This document shows positions 1 through 9,116 of a stretch of DNA of 45,420 nt, in pieces. Made by a program: the position numbers and the translations under genes. Source of the stretch: a virus; IMG/VR virus record IMGVR_UViG_3300027865_000001. One strand, 5' to 3'. The notes beneath the pieces are model-generated. The model saw only the letters and a program-made list of their open reading frames with translations. It ran no database searches and was not told the DNA's origin. Every line of letters begins with the position of its first letter. Position 1 is the first letter of the stretch.

Positions 1-127
1 TTGCCATGCATTTATTTCTTTACATGATGTGACCATAGTATTAGTATCCTACATCCGAAAGGCCAGTGATTTTAAGTAAGGCGTATTCTTCACCTACTAA
101 CGTATTGTATTGAGCGGACTGTTCATC
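1..127. repeat. Terminal direct repeat, left copy (identical to 45294..45420); circular-contig overlap
   Basis: Direct reading shows bases 1-127 equal 45294-45420 base for base. Bases 1-36 duplicate the first 12 codons of the 313-aa gene that starts at 45329. A 127-nt overlap matches a common assembler k-mer, so the simplest reading is a closed circular contig. Confidence 0.9.
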
Positions 128-655
128 ATATCCGATCATCTTAAAGATTACCCTAGCAGCTTCATTAACGATAGCTCCGGGGTGTATATTAGCTACCCAG
201 CTAGCATAACTTCCGCTAGGTGTTACTATTGGGTTTACATAGAATCCAAAAATAGCTGTATCAAAATCTACATTAGCTTTTATCTCTAGCATTCTACCCG
301 CTACGTAACATACGTTCACACGGTTTCTACCATATGAATCTAGTATTTCATCAGGCGTAATCATTTCTATGAATGAGCCAACAATATCATCGGTATTAGT
401 GCAATCACCTTCACCATCGCTTAAGCGTAAATACTTAGCTGCACGATAATTATTAGCTAATGAGTACAAGTCAATAGACTGCTTGTATTTCTTCTCATTA
501 AATGTAATTACTTTTTCAGTCATATCGCGAGAATAGAAATCTAAGTGATGTGCTTTTAGTGTAGCTAAACGGATTGCGCTAGAAGTCTCAGCTTCTAACT
601 CAGGTCTATTAGTTATAATATACACATCGTCTAACAATGATTCAAAGGTTTTCAC
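41..655 (-). CDS. Virion structural protein, function unassigned (occupies the adaptor / tail-tubular-A slot after the capsid genes)
   Basis: 204-aa ORF on the structural strand. Its stop at 41-43 lies 4 nt before the ATG of the next gene (36 = 45329 after the wrap). The position downstream of the MCP resembles the T7-like gene order. No motif was recognised. Confidence 0.55.
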   Translation of the reverse strand: MKTFESLLDDVYIITNRPELEAETSSAIRLATLKAHHLDFYSRDMTEKVITFNEKKYKQSIDLYSLANNYRAAKYLRLSDGEGDCTNTDDIVGSFIEMITPDEILDSYGRNRVNVCYVAGRMLEIKANVDFDTAIFGFYVNPIVTPSGSYASWVANIHPGAIVNEAARVIFKMIGYDEQSAQYNTLVGEEYALLKITGLSDVGY

Positions 656-701
656 TTAGATCCCCTATAAGTTATCAGCTGAGACTAAAGTTAGTAGCTT
701 A

Positions 702-1190
702 TTAGTTAGCTACTTGACCAGAAGAAAGTGCAGTAGTTCTGTCTTCTACAGCCTTAGTATTACCGAACTCACGTCCTTCTTGGCTATCTTTGAACTCATC
801 AATAATCTTACGCTTCAATGCAGCTTCTGGATTAAGCTCTTCAGCTGTAAGTACCTTACCTTTAGTAAAGCCTCTTAAGCCACTTGCAATCTCTCGATCT
901 AGGTAAGCTACAATCTCAGGATCTTTAGTATAATACTGATAATTAGTAAAATTAATTCTCTTACCAGTAGGAGTAATAAGACAGGTAGAAGCACGAGAAG
1001 CAGTATATTGCTGGTATTGATCTACTACTGGAGTTGGAATTACAACTGGAGCTGCTGCTGTAGGTACTACAACTGGATCAGTTTCTACAACAGTTTCTAC
1101 AACAGGTGCTGAACCTTCTGGATTAGCTTTATTTTTAAGGTTAGCTAATAGTGCGGCTGTATCAACTTTTACTTTGTTTTCATTACTCAT
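702..1190 (-). CDS. Hypothetical structural-module protein with a Pro/Val/Thr-rich N-terminal linker
   Basis: 162-aa ORF directly downstream of the MCP and its hairpin. It has a low-complexity segment (PVVETVVETDPVVVPTAAAPVVIPTPVV) followed by a globular-looking C-terminus. Confidence 0.6.
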   Translation of the reverse strand: MSNENKVKVDTAALLANLKNKANPEGSAPVVETVVETDPVVVPTAAAPVVIPTPVVDQYQQYTASRASTCLITPTGKRINFTNYQYYTKDPEIVAYLDREIASGLRGFTKGKVLTAEELNPEAALKRKIIDEFKDSQEGREFGNTKAVEDRTTALSSGQVAN

Positions 1191-1227
1191 TTGGGTTACC
1201 TATAAGGTTTATGGGAGGAGAAAATGC

Positions 1228-1300
1228 TCTCCCTGTAGATATGTAATTACTAAAGGCGATTCAGGACTAAAGTAAAAACATACACAGGTCTACAGGGAGA
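1228..1300 (-). terminator. Long hairpin downstream of the major capsid gene (attenuator/terminator or RNA-stability element)
   Basis: Perfect 12-bp inverted repeat: tctccctgtaga (1228-1239) and tctacagggaga (1289-1300), with a 49-nt loop. On the minus-strand RNA it is followed by gcauuuucucc. It lies 28 nt after the MCP stop codon. Confidence 0.35.
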
Positions 1301-1327
1301 AGCAAGGGTTCTAACTAGCTACTAGTT

Positions 1328-2554
1328 CTAGCCAGCAGCAGCGGCAGTCAAACCATTAATGACTACGTTAGCAGGTGTGTTCTTAATGACTGTAGTAAGC
1401 TCAGTAGTAAGTGTACCACCTACTGCATCAATACCATTATCAGCAGCTGCTTTACCTGAAGTATTAAACTCCATATTCTGAGTCTTTCTACCTGCAAGAT
1501 AAGCAAGACGGAAGGTAGGCAAATCAACACCTACAGCCATAGCAGACCAGCTAGTATTCGTATTAAAGAGCGGGTGCTCAATAAGACGGAACTTACCACG
1601 AGGAGTAGTAAGAGTAGTGAACTGCAAGCCAAAGTTAGTTTGACCATCTACCAAGTGATAGGTACCATTAAGGCGACCAATCTCATTGATAACAAGCTTA
1701 GCAGCTCCACCAACAAAGAGAACTCTTTCAGCAGATCCTTTAGGATCAGTAGCTTGATTAAAAACTGGATCAAGGAAACCTAACAACTGAGTCCAGTTAG
1801 TAGTACCGCCAGCTGTAAAGCTATTAACTACACCAGCATAGATTGGCGGATAAAAGGAAGCATCCTCAATCATAGCTACAAGTCCTGCCATCGTACGGAA
1901 AGGTTGTCCGTTACGAGTACCAGAAGACTTCTGACCAAAGAACAATGCTTTCTCAATGTCAGCTGCGTGAAGTGCAGCACAATCTTGACGATTCTCAGCA
2001 TCAGTGCTATCACCTGCAATAACCTTAGTAGCTTGTGCAGAACCTGAGATAGCCCAAGTATTACGGAAAATCTGGGTCAGGTTAGTTACACGAACTGGAA
2101 TGATATTATTAGCAAGAGGTCGATCAGACGCTTCTTCAAACGCATTACCAACTTGATAGATTTCAATATTGTCAGCTATAAGGATAGCAGTAACAGTACC
2201 AACACCACGAGTTACTACTACATTAGTAGCATCAGTGATACTATCTATGATGATATTCTCACCTGTAGAATCTACTCGCATAATCATACCAGGTAGTAAG
2301 TTAGCTGTAGTATCTACTTGCCAAGCTGTGATTATACCATCTCCGATAGCACCATCAAGCTTCATCTCAGGAAAGATCATTGTCTTAGAGAAGAAGCCAT
2401 GCTCAACTTGCAGCGCAGTTTCATCTGAAAGCATAGAAGATAATGCAAACAGTGGTGCATTACCATTAGGCATCAAACGCGTAATCATAGCCGCAAAGGA
2501 TTTCGCTGCCAGATCAGTTGTAAAATTACCAGTATTAAAAATTCCGGTAGTCAT
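1328..2554 (-). CDS. Major capsid protein (HK97-fold candidate)
   Basis: 408-aa ORF placed after the portal and scaffold-like genes, with Gly/Thr/Ala/Asn-rich composition and a hairpin downstream. The call rests on size and position; no motif-level proof is possible by eye. Confidence 0.75.
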   Translation of the reverse strand: MTTGIFNTGNFTTDLAAKSFAAMITRLMPNGNAPLFALSSMLSDETALQVEHGFFSKTMIFPEMKLDGAIGDGIITAWQVDTTANLLPGMIMRVDSTGENIIIDSITDATNVVVTRGVGTVTAILIADNIEIYQVGNAFEEASDRPLANNIIPVRVTNLTQIFRNTWAISGSAQATKVIAGDSTDAENRQDCAALHAADIEKALFFGQKSSGTRNGQPFRTMAGLVAMIEDASFYPPIYAGVVNSFTAGGTTNWTQLLGFLDPVFNQATDPKGSAERVLFVGGAAKLVINEIGRLNGTYHLVDGQTNFGLQFTTLTTPRGKFRLIEHPLFNTNTSWSAMAVGVDLPTFRLAYLAGRKTQNMEFNTSGKAAADNGIDAVGGTLTTELTTVIKNTPANVVINGLTAAAAG

Positions 2555-2624
2555 AAGTTATTCTCCGCCCGCAGGCATTAGTAATAAAAAGTAATATTAA
2601 AAGGTTAGAAGATAATACTAAGGT

Positions 2625-3041
2625 CTAAAACAGATTAAAAGTTGCAGCAGCTGTTTTAACCAAAGTAAAGATTCGTGAAGATTGCGGAGGTACGGATAGA
2701 GTGTTATTAGCACCTACCTTAGTAATACCAACACCCACAGCAATAGTAACATCAAAGGCACCTACCTGAGAGTTATTAACTACAAAACTGTAAGCATCAC
2801 CTACATCCATACCTGTATATGCAGCTGCAAGTAACGCAGCAGTAGGCAGAGTATAAATAACGTCACTAGTAAGCGTAGTACCTTGATGGATTAACCCACC
2901 GGATACATGACCTACAGTAAGAGTTTGGTCTGTCTCAGCTGCACGATTGTTTATAGCGAAGTTAGCTGTTAAGCCAACTCCAGCTCGTGATAGCTGTGGC
3001 ATACGATTAGTCTTCTGTTCAATCTTGACTCTATGAAACAT
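2625..3041 (-). CDS. Hypothetical head-module protein (possible decoration or minor capsid protein)
   Basis: 138-aa ORF between the scaffold-like gene and the MCP, with beta-rich, Gly/Thr/Val-rich composition. An alternative start at the internal Met14 is possible. Confidence 0.55.
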   Translation of the reverse strand: MFHRVKIEQKTNRMPQLSRAGVGLTANFAINNRAAETDQTLTVGHVSGGLIHQGTTLTSDVIYTLPTAALLAAAYTGMDVGDAYSFVVNNSQVGAFDVTIAVGVGITKVGANNTLSVPPQSSRIFTLVKTAAATFNLF

Positions 3042-3073
3042 AATAGTATTCCCTAAAAGATTAAGTTAAAAAG

Positions 3074-3835
3074 TTATACCCCAAACCTTGTCCAATCTGT
3101 CTCACCTGGAGCTAGATCAGGAGCTTTAGGAGCGAATGCTTCACCCATAGCTAAGATAAAATCTTGTGTCATTTGGGTGATTTGTTCAGGTGTTGCAGTA
3201 GGATTTTTTGCAAGTAACTGAGCCTTAGTTTGTTCTATTATAGGCTTGACTGCAGGATTATCAAAGATGGGATTAGTGTCAGTAAGATGAGCTGTAGTAG
3301 CTTGATCTCTTAACATCTGGGGAATTTTAGCACGTTCTAATTCTAATGCTTTAGCTACAGCGTTATTGGTAAGCTTATTACCTACTAATGTAGACTGTAT
3401 CATTACTTGCTGTGCTACTACATTCATAGCTTCAGCAAAAGCTTTCTGTGCACCTTCACCTCCTTCACTTATAGCTGTCATCTGTTCAGGAGTTATAGCT
3501 TGTGTGAAGTTAGCATTAGCTACAGCTTTCTGAATGTCTTCTGCTTTAAGCTCTACAGGAACTTCAGGCGTAGGGGCATTTGGGTCTATAGCTACATCAT
3601 CCCATAGAGTCTTAAACTGATCTAGTGGGAGTTCCGGAACAACTGGTTCAGCTACTACTGGTGGTACAACTCCCAGTGGTAGAGTTGGATTATTAGGATC
3701 TGCTATTCCTGCACCCGGTGGTATATTACCCGGCTCTACAGGAGTTCCTGGAGCTGGTGCTACCACTGGTGCTGCTGGAACTGCTGCCGTTGGTTCTACT
3801 GCTGGTGGTGATGTAAATATATCGAACATGCCCAT
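3074..3835 (-). CDS. Scaffolding protein candidate
   Basis: 253 aa with a Pro/Ala/Val-rich N-terminal third and a long helical, charged C-terminal part. It sits between portal and MCP, as in T7-like and P22-like modules. Confidence 0.6.
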   Translation of the reverse strand: MGMFDIFTSPPAVEPTAAVPAAPVVAPAPGTPVEPGNIPPGAGIADPNNPTLPLGVVPPVVAEPVVPELPLDQFKTLWDDVAIDPNAPTPEVPVELKAEDIQKAVANANFTQAITPEQMTAISEGGEGAQKAFAEAMNVVAQQVMIQSTLVGNKLTNNAVAKALELERAKIPQMLRDQATTAHLTDTNPIFDNPAVKPIIEQTKAQLLAKNPTATPEQITQMTQDFILAMGEAFAPKAPDLAPGETDWTRFGV

Positions 3836-3873
3836 GGGAGTTACCTTCTAATGGTTGTGTACTGAGTATAAGC

Positions 3874-4149
3874 CTAAACTGGCTCTGGATTAGCTAATAG
3901 TTCTTCTGAAGCTTCAGATGTTGCTAAGATAAAACGGTAAGCATCTATCTGACCTTTTAAAGATGCTTCTTGCTGACAGAACCTATCATGTTCTGCAGCA
4001 GAGTATTCTAACCCGTTCTTCTCGTGAGCAGCAGCTGCTAAGTAATTCTGTATCACTTGCTTCTGAGTAATAGTTAATAATGAACCTTCCAGCTCTTCTT
4101 GTTCAGTAAGCTGGTAAGAGGAAAAATCGTTAGGTATAAGATGAGCCAT
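3874..4149 (-). CDS. Hypothetical acidic protein
   Basis: 91-aa ORF that starts 16 nt downstream of the portal stop, on the same strand. Confidence 0.6.
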   Translation of the reverse strand: MAHLIPNDFSSYQLTEQEELEGSLLTITQKQVIQNYLAAAAHEKNGLEYSAAEHDRFCQQEASLKGQIDAYRFILATSEASEELLANPEPV

Positions 4150-4165
4150 GATGGTTTCCGTAATC

Positions 4166-6187
4166 CTATGGTGAGGGTGCTAATACTTCTGAGGTGCCTG
4201 CGCTAGATTGTACGTTAGCTTCAGGTGGTCTGGGTGTGTTCTGTGCTGGTACATAACCAAACTGTTCAGGTGAAGGAGCTTCTCCTAATTCTTTTATGTC
4301 TCTATCTTTCTCTAAAGCTAAAGCTACTAAAGAATTATACTGAGCTAATGCTTGTTCATAAGCTACTTGCTCAGAAGATTTCTCAAAATCAGAAATAGCA
4401 GCTCCTTGAGTTTTCATTAAGTAAGAGAACATAGGACCTATATTATAAGATTGTCCTATCTGTGGAGATGTACCTATTACTTGTAATGCAGCAGAAAAGC
4501 TTTCACCATTTATAAGCTTAGAAGCTGGTATCAAACCATCAGAAATTCTAAACTCTAATACAGCTTTTCTAAGAGCTACAGGATCTATAGTTACATCTAC
4601 ATTCTGATCTTTATTATATATAGTAACACCAGCTTGAAACTGTAGTATGTTGATTTTAAGTATCAACTTCATAGGTACAAATACTTGAGCTTCTAGCAAG
4701 ATAGAAACTACCTGATCTCTGCTATTAGCATTATTCATTACAGACTCAAATTCGTGTAGAGTCTTATTACCCTTTACAAACTGTCCTTGAGAAGCTTGGT
4801 TTTGACCAGCTAGATTGTTAGCAAGTCCAAGTAATGCTTGTACATTTTGCATTGAAGCTGCTTGCTGATCTTCTCGGTATGGAAAAGCATATACAGCTTC
4901 TGCTAATGGCTTACCGTAAGCAGCTGGTCGAACAGGAATCTTAGCACTAGGATTAGCACTGTTAATAGCAGCACTAGTAACTCTAGAAGGATCATATAAT
5001 GCTCTATCACTAACAGCTCGTCTCCTAGAAGCCATGATAGAGTTCATATAAGCACTAGTTACGAACTGGAAGGGTTCAGCATCAGTAGCTAATGACTTAG
5101 TCTGGTAAGAAAGACCATCTTCCGCAGGTTGACCTACAAGAATAGGTAAGTAATTATGAGCATTAGTTTGACGCTCTGCATAGATAATATGCTCATGGTT
5201 TACTAACACTATCTTATATATCTGAGGAGTATTAGAATTAGGTACTCTAAGATTAAACTCAGACGGAAGCACACGACAGTATAAAGTAGTAACTTCATAA
5301 GCATCTTTGTATTCTATATCCTTTCTATAATCTGAGAATCCTGCCCACTTCATCCAGTTAATTGCTCCACGCTTATTATCTGTTTCTTGTACTACTGGAT
5401 TAATACTTGGGATATAGAAGTTCATAGCTCCTGCATTCTGAGCACCAGTAGCAGCACCTAGTCCGGATTCAAAAGCAGGTACTATATTTCCAACTATCTT
5501 ATCAGTAAGCTGTGAAATGAAAGTTTTAAGTTCTATACGAGACATAAATTCAGTAAAGCCTGCATATTCACCTCTCTTATAGACTTCAGAAGCTGGTACT
5601 TTTTTATCTATAAAAGTATTATAAGGATCAAGACGTCGTATACGATTTCCATTCCAAATTACTTCCTTAGGTACACCTTCAGATAAGTTCTTCTGTACAT
5701 CAGTTTCTACAGCAAATGTTACTTCCTGCGACCAATCTACTTCTATTGGAGCAAAGTTATACTTAAAGCCATCACGAAAGAACATAGCTAGCTCTCTTAC
5801 CCAACCACCTCTTATAGATTGATCTTCTAGTATTGTTTCCATCTGTATTGCTTGATCTATCCACTGTGGAGCAGATACTACTCCAAAGATAGGATGACCA
5901 GTAAGAAATACAGATGCTTGGTAGTCAGTAGCAGTCTCTACTTGAGTCTTAATTACAGGTATAGTAATATTCTGAATTCTATCAGAGTCTCCTCTAGCAT
6001 TAGCTTCCCGAGCATCTTGTTGTTCTTTAGTTCTATCTAGCTCTCGCATATACATACGATCAATCTTCTCTAAGCGAGAACGAGACTCATTTCGTGTTAT
6101 ATTTTCTTGCAACTGTAAGGAACGGTAATACTCTCTAAATGCATCCTGAGACTTCTTACCAAGTGCTACTGAAACGGAGGCTGCCAT
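4166..6187 (-). CDS. Portal protein
   Basis: 673-aa ORF that starts 17 nt after the terL stop. Its size and position immediately downstream of the large terminase are typical of a portal. Confidence 0.75.
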   Translation of the reverse strand: MAASVSVALGKKSQDAFREYYRSLQLQENITRNESRSRLEKIDRMYMRELDRTKEQQDAREANARGDSDRIQNITIPVIKTQVETATDYQASVFLTGHPIFGVVSAPQWIDQAIQMETILEDQSIRGGWVRELAMFFRDGFKYNFAPIEVDWSQEVTFAVETDVQKNLSEGVPKEVIWNGNRIRRLDPYNTFIDKKVPASEVYKRGEYAGFTEFMSRIELKTFISQLTDKIVGNIVPAFESGLGAATGAQNAGAMNFYIPSINPVVQETDNKRGAINWMKWAGFSDYRKDIEYKDAYEVTTLYCRVLPSEFNLRVPNSNTPQIYKIVLVNHEHIIYAERQTNAHNYLPILVGQPAEDGLSYQTKSLATDAEPFQFVTSAYMNSIMASRRRAVSDRALYDPSRVTSAAINSANPSAKIPVRPAAYGKPLAEAVYAFPYREDQQAASMQNVQALLGLANNLAGQNQASQGQFVKGNKTLHEFESVMNNANSRDQVVSILLEAQVFVPMKLILKINILQFQAGVTIYNKDQNVDVTIDPVALRKAVLEFRISDGLIPASKLINGESFSAALQVIGTSPQIGQSYNIGPMFSYLMKTQGAAISDFEKSSEQVAYEQALAQYNSLVALALEKDRDIKELGEAPSPEQFGYVPAQNTPRPPEANVQSSAGTSEVLAPSP

Positions 6188-6204
6188 CGTATTATTCCTA
6201 GATT

Positions 6205-7764
6205 CTAGAATGGGTTATTATAATCAGGTACTTCTATTGCTTCAAATTCTTGTGATTCTACTATGTTACCAGCTATTACATATTCTCCAAACTCATTTAC
6301 TACGCGCGGCGCATATGTAAGTAAATCAAGTATACCATCTACATTATCTGTTTTTAGTGGATTAAATCCAGTAATCTGTAAATGTACACTTAATTTACAT
6401 TCATCATGTACAAAAAACTCACCTGCTGCATAAGCTTTAAACATAGTAAGTATACGAGCATTTTTATTCTTAATACCTGAGTATATAGGTACTGCTTCTA
6501 TGCCTGCTATACCTAGTTGTCTACAAATAAACTCAAACCAATAGAGTAAAGAATATTGGTAAGCGTTAGATTCTACAGCTATGAGACGACAGTTATGAGT
6601 AAGAGCTAGTCTAAGAGCTTCGTGAATTGTATCCCCTGGAGAGAATCTACCCTCACGTAATTCCATTAACATAGGTAAAGCATCATGTATCTCAAAATAA
6701 CCTACAGATACAGCATCTGAACCTATCTTGTCTGTAGCTGGATCTATTACTATAAAGTTACCGCCAGATATATCACCTTCGCTATAAGGAGAATCTGGTA
6801 GCTTAGATAGATCAATTAAGTTATTAGCACTAGCATTCTCATCATTAAGAACTTCTGCATAGAATATCTCAGGCTTACCCATAGCCAGATCATTTTCAAA
6901 TTCCTTAATAAGCTGTGTTGCTGGCTGGAGTTCTTCCCAAAGAGATGTACCATCTACAAGTAAACCACCAGCTATAAACTTAATCCAAGTAGCATTCTTC
7001 TTAAATTTACGTAAGATACTATGCTTAGTAGGATACATATTAGCTACAAATAAGAACATACAACCAGTAGGAGATTTAGCTTTCATCGCTGTTCCTACTA
7101 TCCAATTCTCAAGAGAAGTAGTTTGTACTAAGCTATCAGCACATTCTCTAGATTGTACATCTTCAAAGAGCATAACATCTGGACGAGTATTCTTAATATT
7201 AAGTCCTCGTAAGCTACCTTCTGCTCCTACTGCCGCTAATGTTATATTACGTCCTCTAAATCCAAACTTCTTAATTTTCTGTGTGTCTTTCTCTACACCA
7301 AGTTTCCAGTCTCCAAAGACAGCTTTAATATTTGGCTCTTCTAACATATCTATCACATCTGCTAAAATAGCTTCCGCGAGAGGTGCAATAGCAGATATTA
7401 TTAGTATAAACTTCTTATTAGTGAAGAGTATACAATAGATTATAAAAATCTTCATTAAGGTAGTCTTACCAAAACCACGAGGTAAGCCTAATGCAAGTTG
7501 TGGAAATACTCTACTCTGCTTTACATAGCCTAACATCCAAGTCCAGACTGATTTAAATACTGGTGGGAAACAGAACGTAAAGATGGTAGGCATAATTAAA
7601 GCTGCTAAGAAATCTAGATCAGACTTAGCTAGTTTTTGTATTTCCTGCGCAGAAGCTCCCACCTGCTGTATCTCGTTGACCTCAGGTAGAGTAGTATCTT
7701 CTGCATTCTGGAAACCAATACTTGTAGGTTCGGTACCTCCTAATGATTCTAGTGTAGTAGTCAT
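6205..7764 (-). CDS. terL: Terminase large subunit
   Basis: 519 aa. It has a Walker A-like GLPRGFGKTT, a Walker B-like PDVMLFEDV, and a C-terminal nuclease-like acidic strand FIVIDPATDK. It is followed by the portal gene. Confidence 0.88.
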   Translation of the reverse strand: MTTTLESLGGTEPTSIGFQNAEDTTLPEVNEIQQVGASAQEIQKLAKSDLDFLAALIMPTIFTFCFPPVFKSVWTWMLGYVKQSRVFPQLALGLPRGFGKTTLMKIFIIYCILFTNKKFILIISAIAPLAEAILADVIDMLEEPNIKAVFGDWKLGVEKDTQKIKKFGFRGRNITLAAVGAEGSLRGLNIKNTRPDVMLFEDVQSRECADSLVQTTSLENWIVGTAMKAKSPTGCMFLFVANMYPTKHSILRKFKKNATWIKFIAGGLLVDGTSLWEELQPATQLIKEFENDLAMGKPEIFYAEVLNDENASANNLIDLSKLPDSPYSEGDISGGNFIVIDPATDKIGSDAVSVGYFEIHDALPMLMELREGRFSPGDTIHEALRLALTHNCRLIAVESNAYQYSLLYWFEFICRQLGIAGIEAVPIYSGIKNKNARILTMFKAYAAGEFFVHDECKLSVHLQITGFNPLKTDNVDGILDLLTYAPRVVNEFGEYVIAGNIVESQEFEAIEVPDYNNPF

Positions 7765-7940
7765 AATATACGAGGTGCAGAATTAACTCTAGCTGCAAGT
7801 CTCTCTAGCACCTTAGAAGCAGATACTATTTCTTGCTGGCTATATATTACTTTAGTAGTAATAGTCGTTTTACTTTGTAGGCGAGCTAATACTTGTTCCA
7901 AAGTAAGATCCTCTCCTCTAACATGGTATTTTCTACACAT
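7761..7940 (-). CDS. Small hypothetical protein (59 aa), translationally coupled to terL
   Basis: Hand-translated, below the ORF-track cutoff: MCRKYHVRGEDLTLEQVLARLQSKTTITTKVIYSQQEIVSASKVLERLAARVNSAPRIL. A GAGGA Shine-Dalgarno lies 7 nt upstream. Its TGA overlaps the terL ATG (ATGA). Confidence 0.6.
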   Translation of the reverse strand: MCRKYHVRGEDLTLEQVLARLQSKTTITTKVIYSQQEIVSASKVLERLAARVNSAPRIL

Positions 7941-7963
7941 GATATTCCTCGCTTTCTCTTATA

Positions 7964-8638
7964 CTACAACGCCTCTATTCGAGTATCCTCCTCAGTAAGT
8001 GGCGCTTCTAAAAGAGAAAGTGCTTTTTGTCGTACTAAGCTAGCATCCTCTACATTCTTTAGTAAAGTAGATGCTGGCAATGTGTGGAGTTCTTGTTCCC
8101 CTGCACGGGTTACTTGGTTATCTATATTAACTGTAAATTTTTCTGCAATAATTGTGGGTAATATTAAGTTTACAATATTCTGTTGGTTTACTACTTGATC
8201 TGGACTAGACTGACCACGACGCTTAGCACTATTAATAGTACTAATAGCCCTTAACAGATCAGCAGGTTTTAGTATAAATCCAAGACTTTGTTCTAGTTTA
8301 GCTAATAACTTATCTTCTATGGTATCATAAGAAGCATCTCTGTTATTATGTTTCTGGAGATTCTCATAGCGGAGAGTACTTACAGCATCAGAGAATGTTT
8401 GCTCAGATAGTAACTGACTAATTCTAGCAGGAGTTACACCTAATGCATTAGCTACTGCTTCTCCTCCAATACCAGCACCTAGTAATACTAATGCACGATC
8501 TTCGATACTAGTAGTTGTGCCGCGCGCAAGTTTACCATTTACGGCAGATACTTCTGTAGGAGCAGCAGAAACTGGTATCTTCTTACCATCTTGGAAACCC
8601 AAGTCTGCAAGTGTTATATTATTCATATCATGCAACAT
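7964..8638 (-). CDS. Terminase small subunit candidate (HTH DNA-binding protein)
   Basis: 224 aa, located upstream of terL. It has a helix-turn-helix-like segment GEAVANALGVTPARISQLLS. The repeat array at 8859-9010 lies just upstream. Confidence 0.55.
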   Translation of the reverse strand: MLHDMNNITLADLGFQDGKKIPVSAAPTEVSAVNGKLARGTTTSIEDRALVLLGAGIGGEAVANALGVTPARISQLLSEQTFSDAVSTLRYENLQKHNNRDASYDTIEDKLLAKLEQSLGFILKPADLLRAISTINSAKRRGQSSPDQVVNQQNIVNLILPTIIAEKFTVNIDNQVTRAGEQELHTLPASTLLKNVEDASLVRQKALSLLEAPLTEEDTRIEAL

Positions 8639-8858
8639 GTTTCCTCCTTCTGGTAAGAACTGATCGCGGCTATCTTGATATACTACTATAACAGTTAGCT
8701 ATAGGATGCATAGGTAGTAATCGTAAATAGACTTCTTAGATAGCAATATGTATAAAAAGTTTAGGAAAAATAGGGATGTTCCTTAGGATAGCGCGTCTCG
8801 GATAGTCTAAAAAAGCTTCCTACCCCACCCTTCTGGATAGATTGTGTCGTGTGTGGTG

Positions 8859-9010
8859 TAATAAAACTACTGAATGGTACGCAGTACTCATTAGGAATAA
8901 GACTACTTAAGGGTAGCTTGCTACTCATTAGGCTTGTAATAAGACTACTTAAGGATAGCTTGCTATTCATTGATGCTTTTAATAAGATTACTTAATAGTC
9001 AGCTTGCTGA
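8859..9010. repeat. Four phased direct repeats (about 36-43 bp period); candidate pac / TerS-binding or late-regulator sites
   Basis: The core aataaGActacttaaGGnTAGCTTGCTa starts at about 8860 (degenerate copy), 8896, 8938 and 8981. Copies 2 and 3 are nearly identical. The array is intergenic, between the 247-aa gene and the TerS candidate. Confidence 0.8.
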
Positions 9011-9116
9011 CACCTTAACCGAGCGAAGCGAGAAAATTTAGATAGTCCTACGTTACTAGTCCAGTAAGTAGCAGCGAGCTAAGTCCTATTACCTAGCCCG
9101 CGCTACTTGTTACTTG

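Noticed and set aside
1574-2594. Plus-strand ORFs 1574..1783 (69 aa) and 2169..2594 (141 aa), antisense to the major capsid gene
   Set aside because: They lie entirely inside the well-supported 408-aa minus-strand gene. They have low-complexity Ser/Ile-rich translations and no SD, so they are typical shadow ORFs.
8761-8970. 69-aa minus-strand ORF across the repeat array
   Set aside because: Its sequence (SKLSLSSLIT / SKLPLSSLIP) simply reflects translation of the DNA repeats. It has no SD, and the region behaves as a non-coding repeat array.
8859-9010. Possible CRISPR-like array
   Set aside because: There are only about four copies. They are degenerate and have variable short gaps of about 6-10 nt instead of spacers of uniform length, and there are no cas genes.
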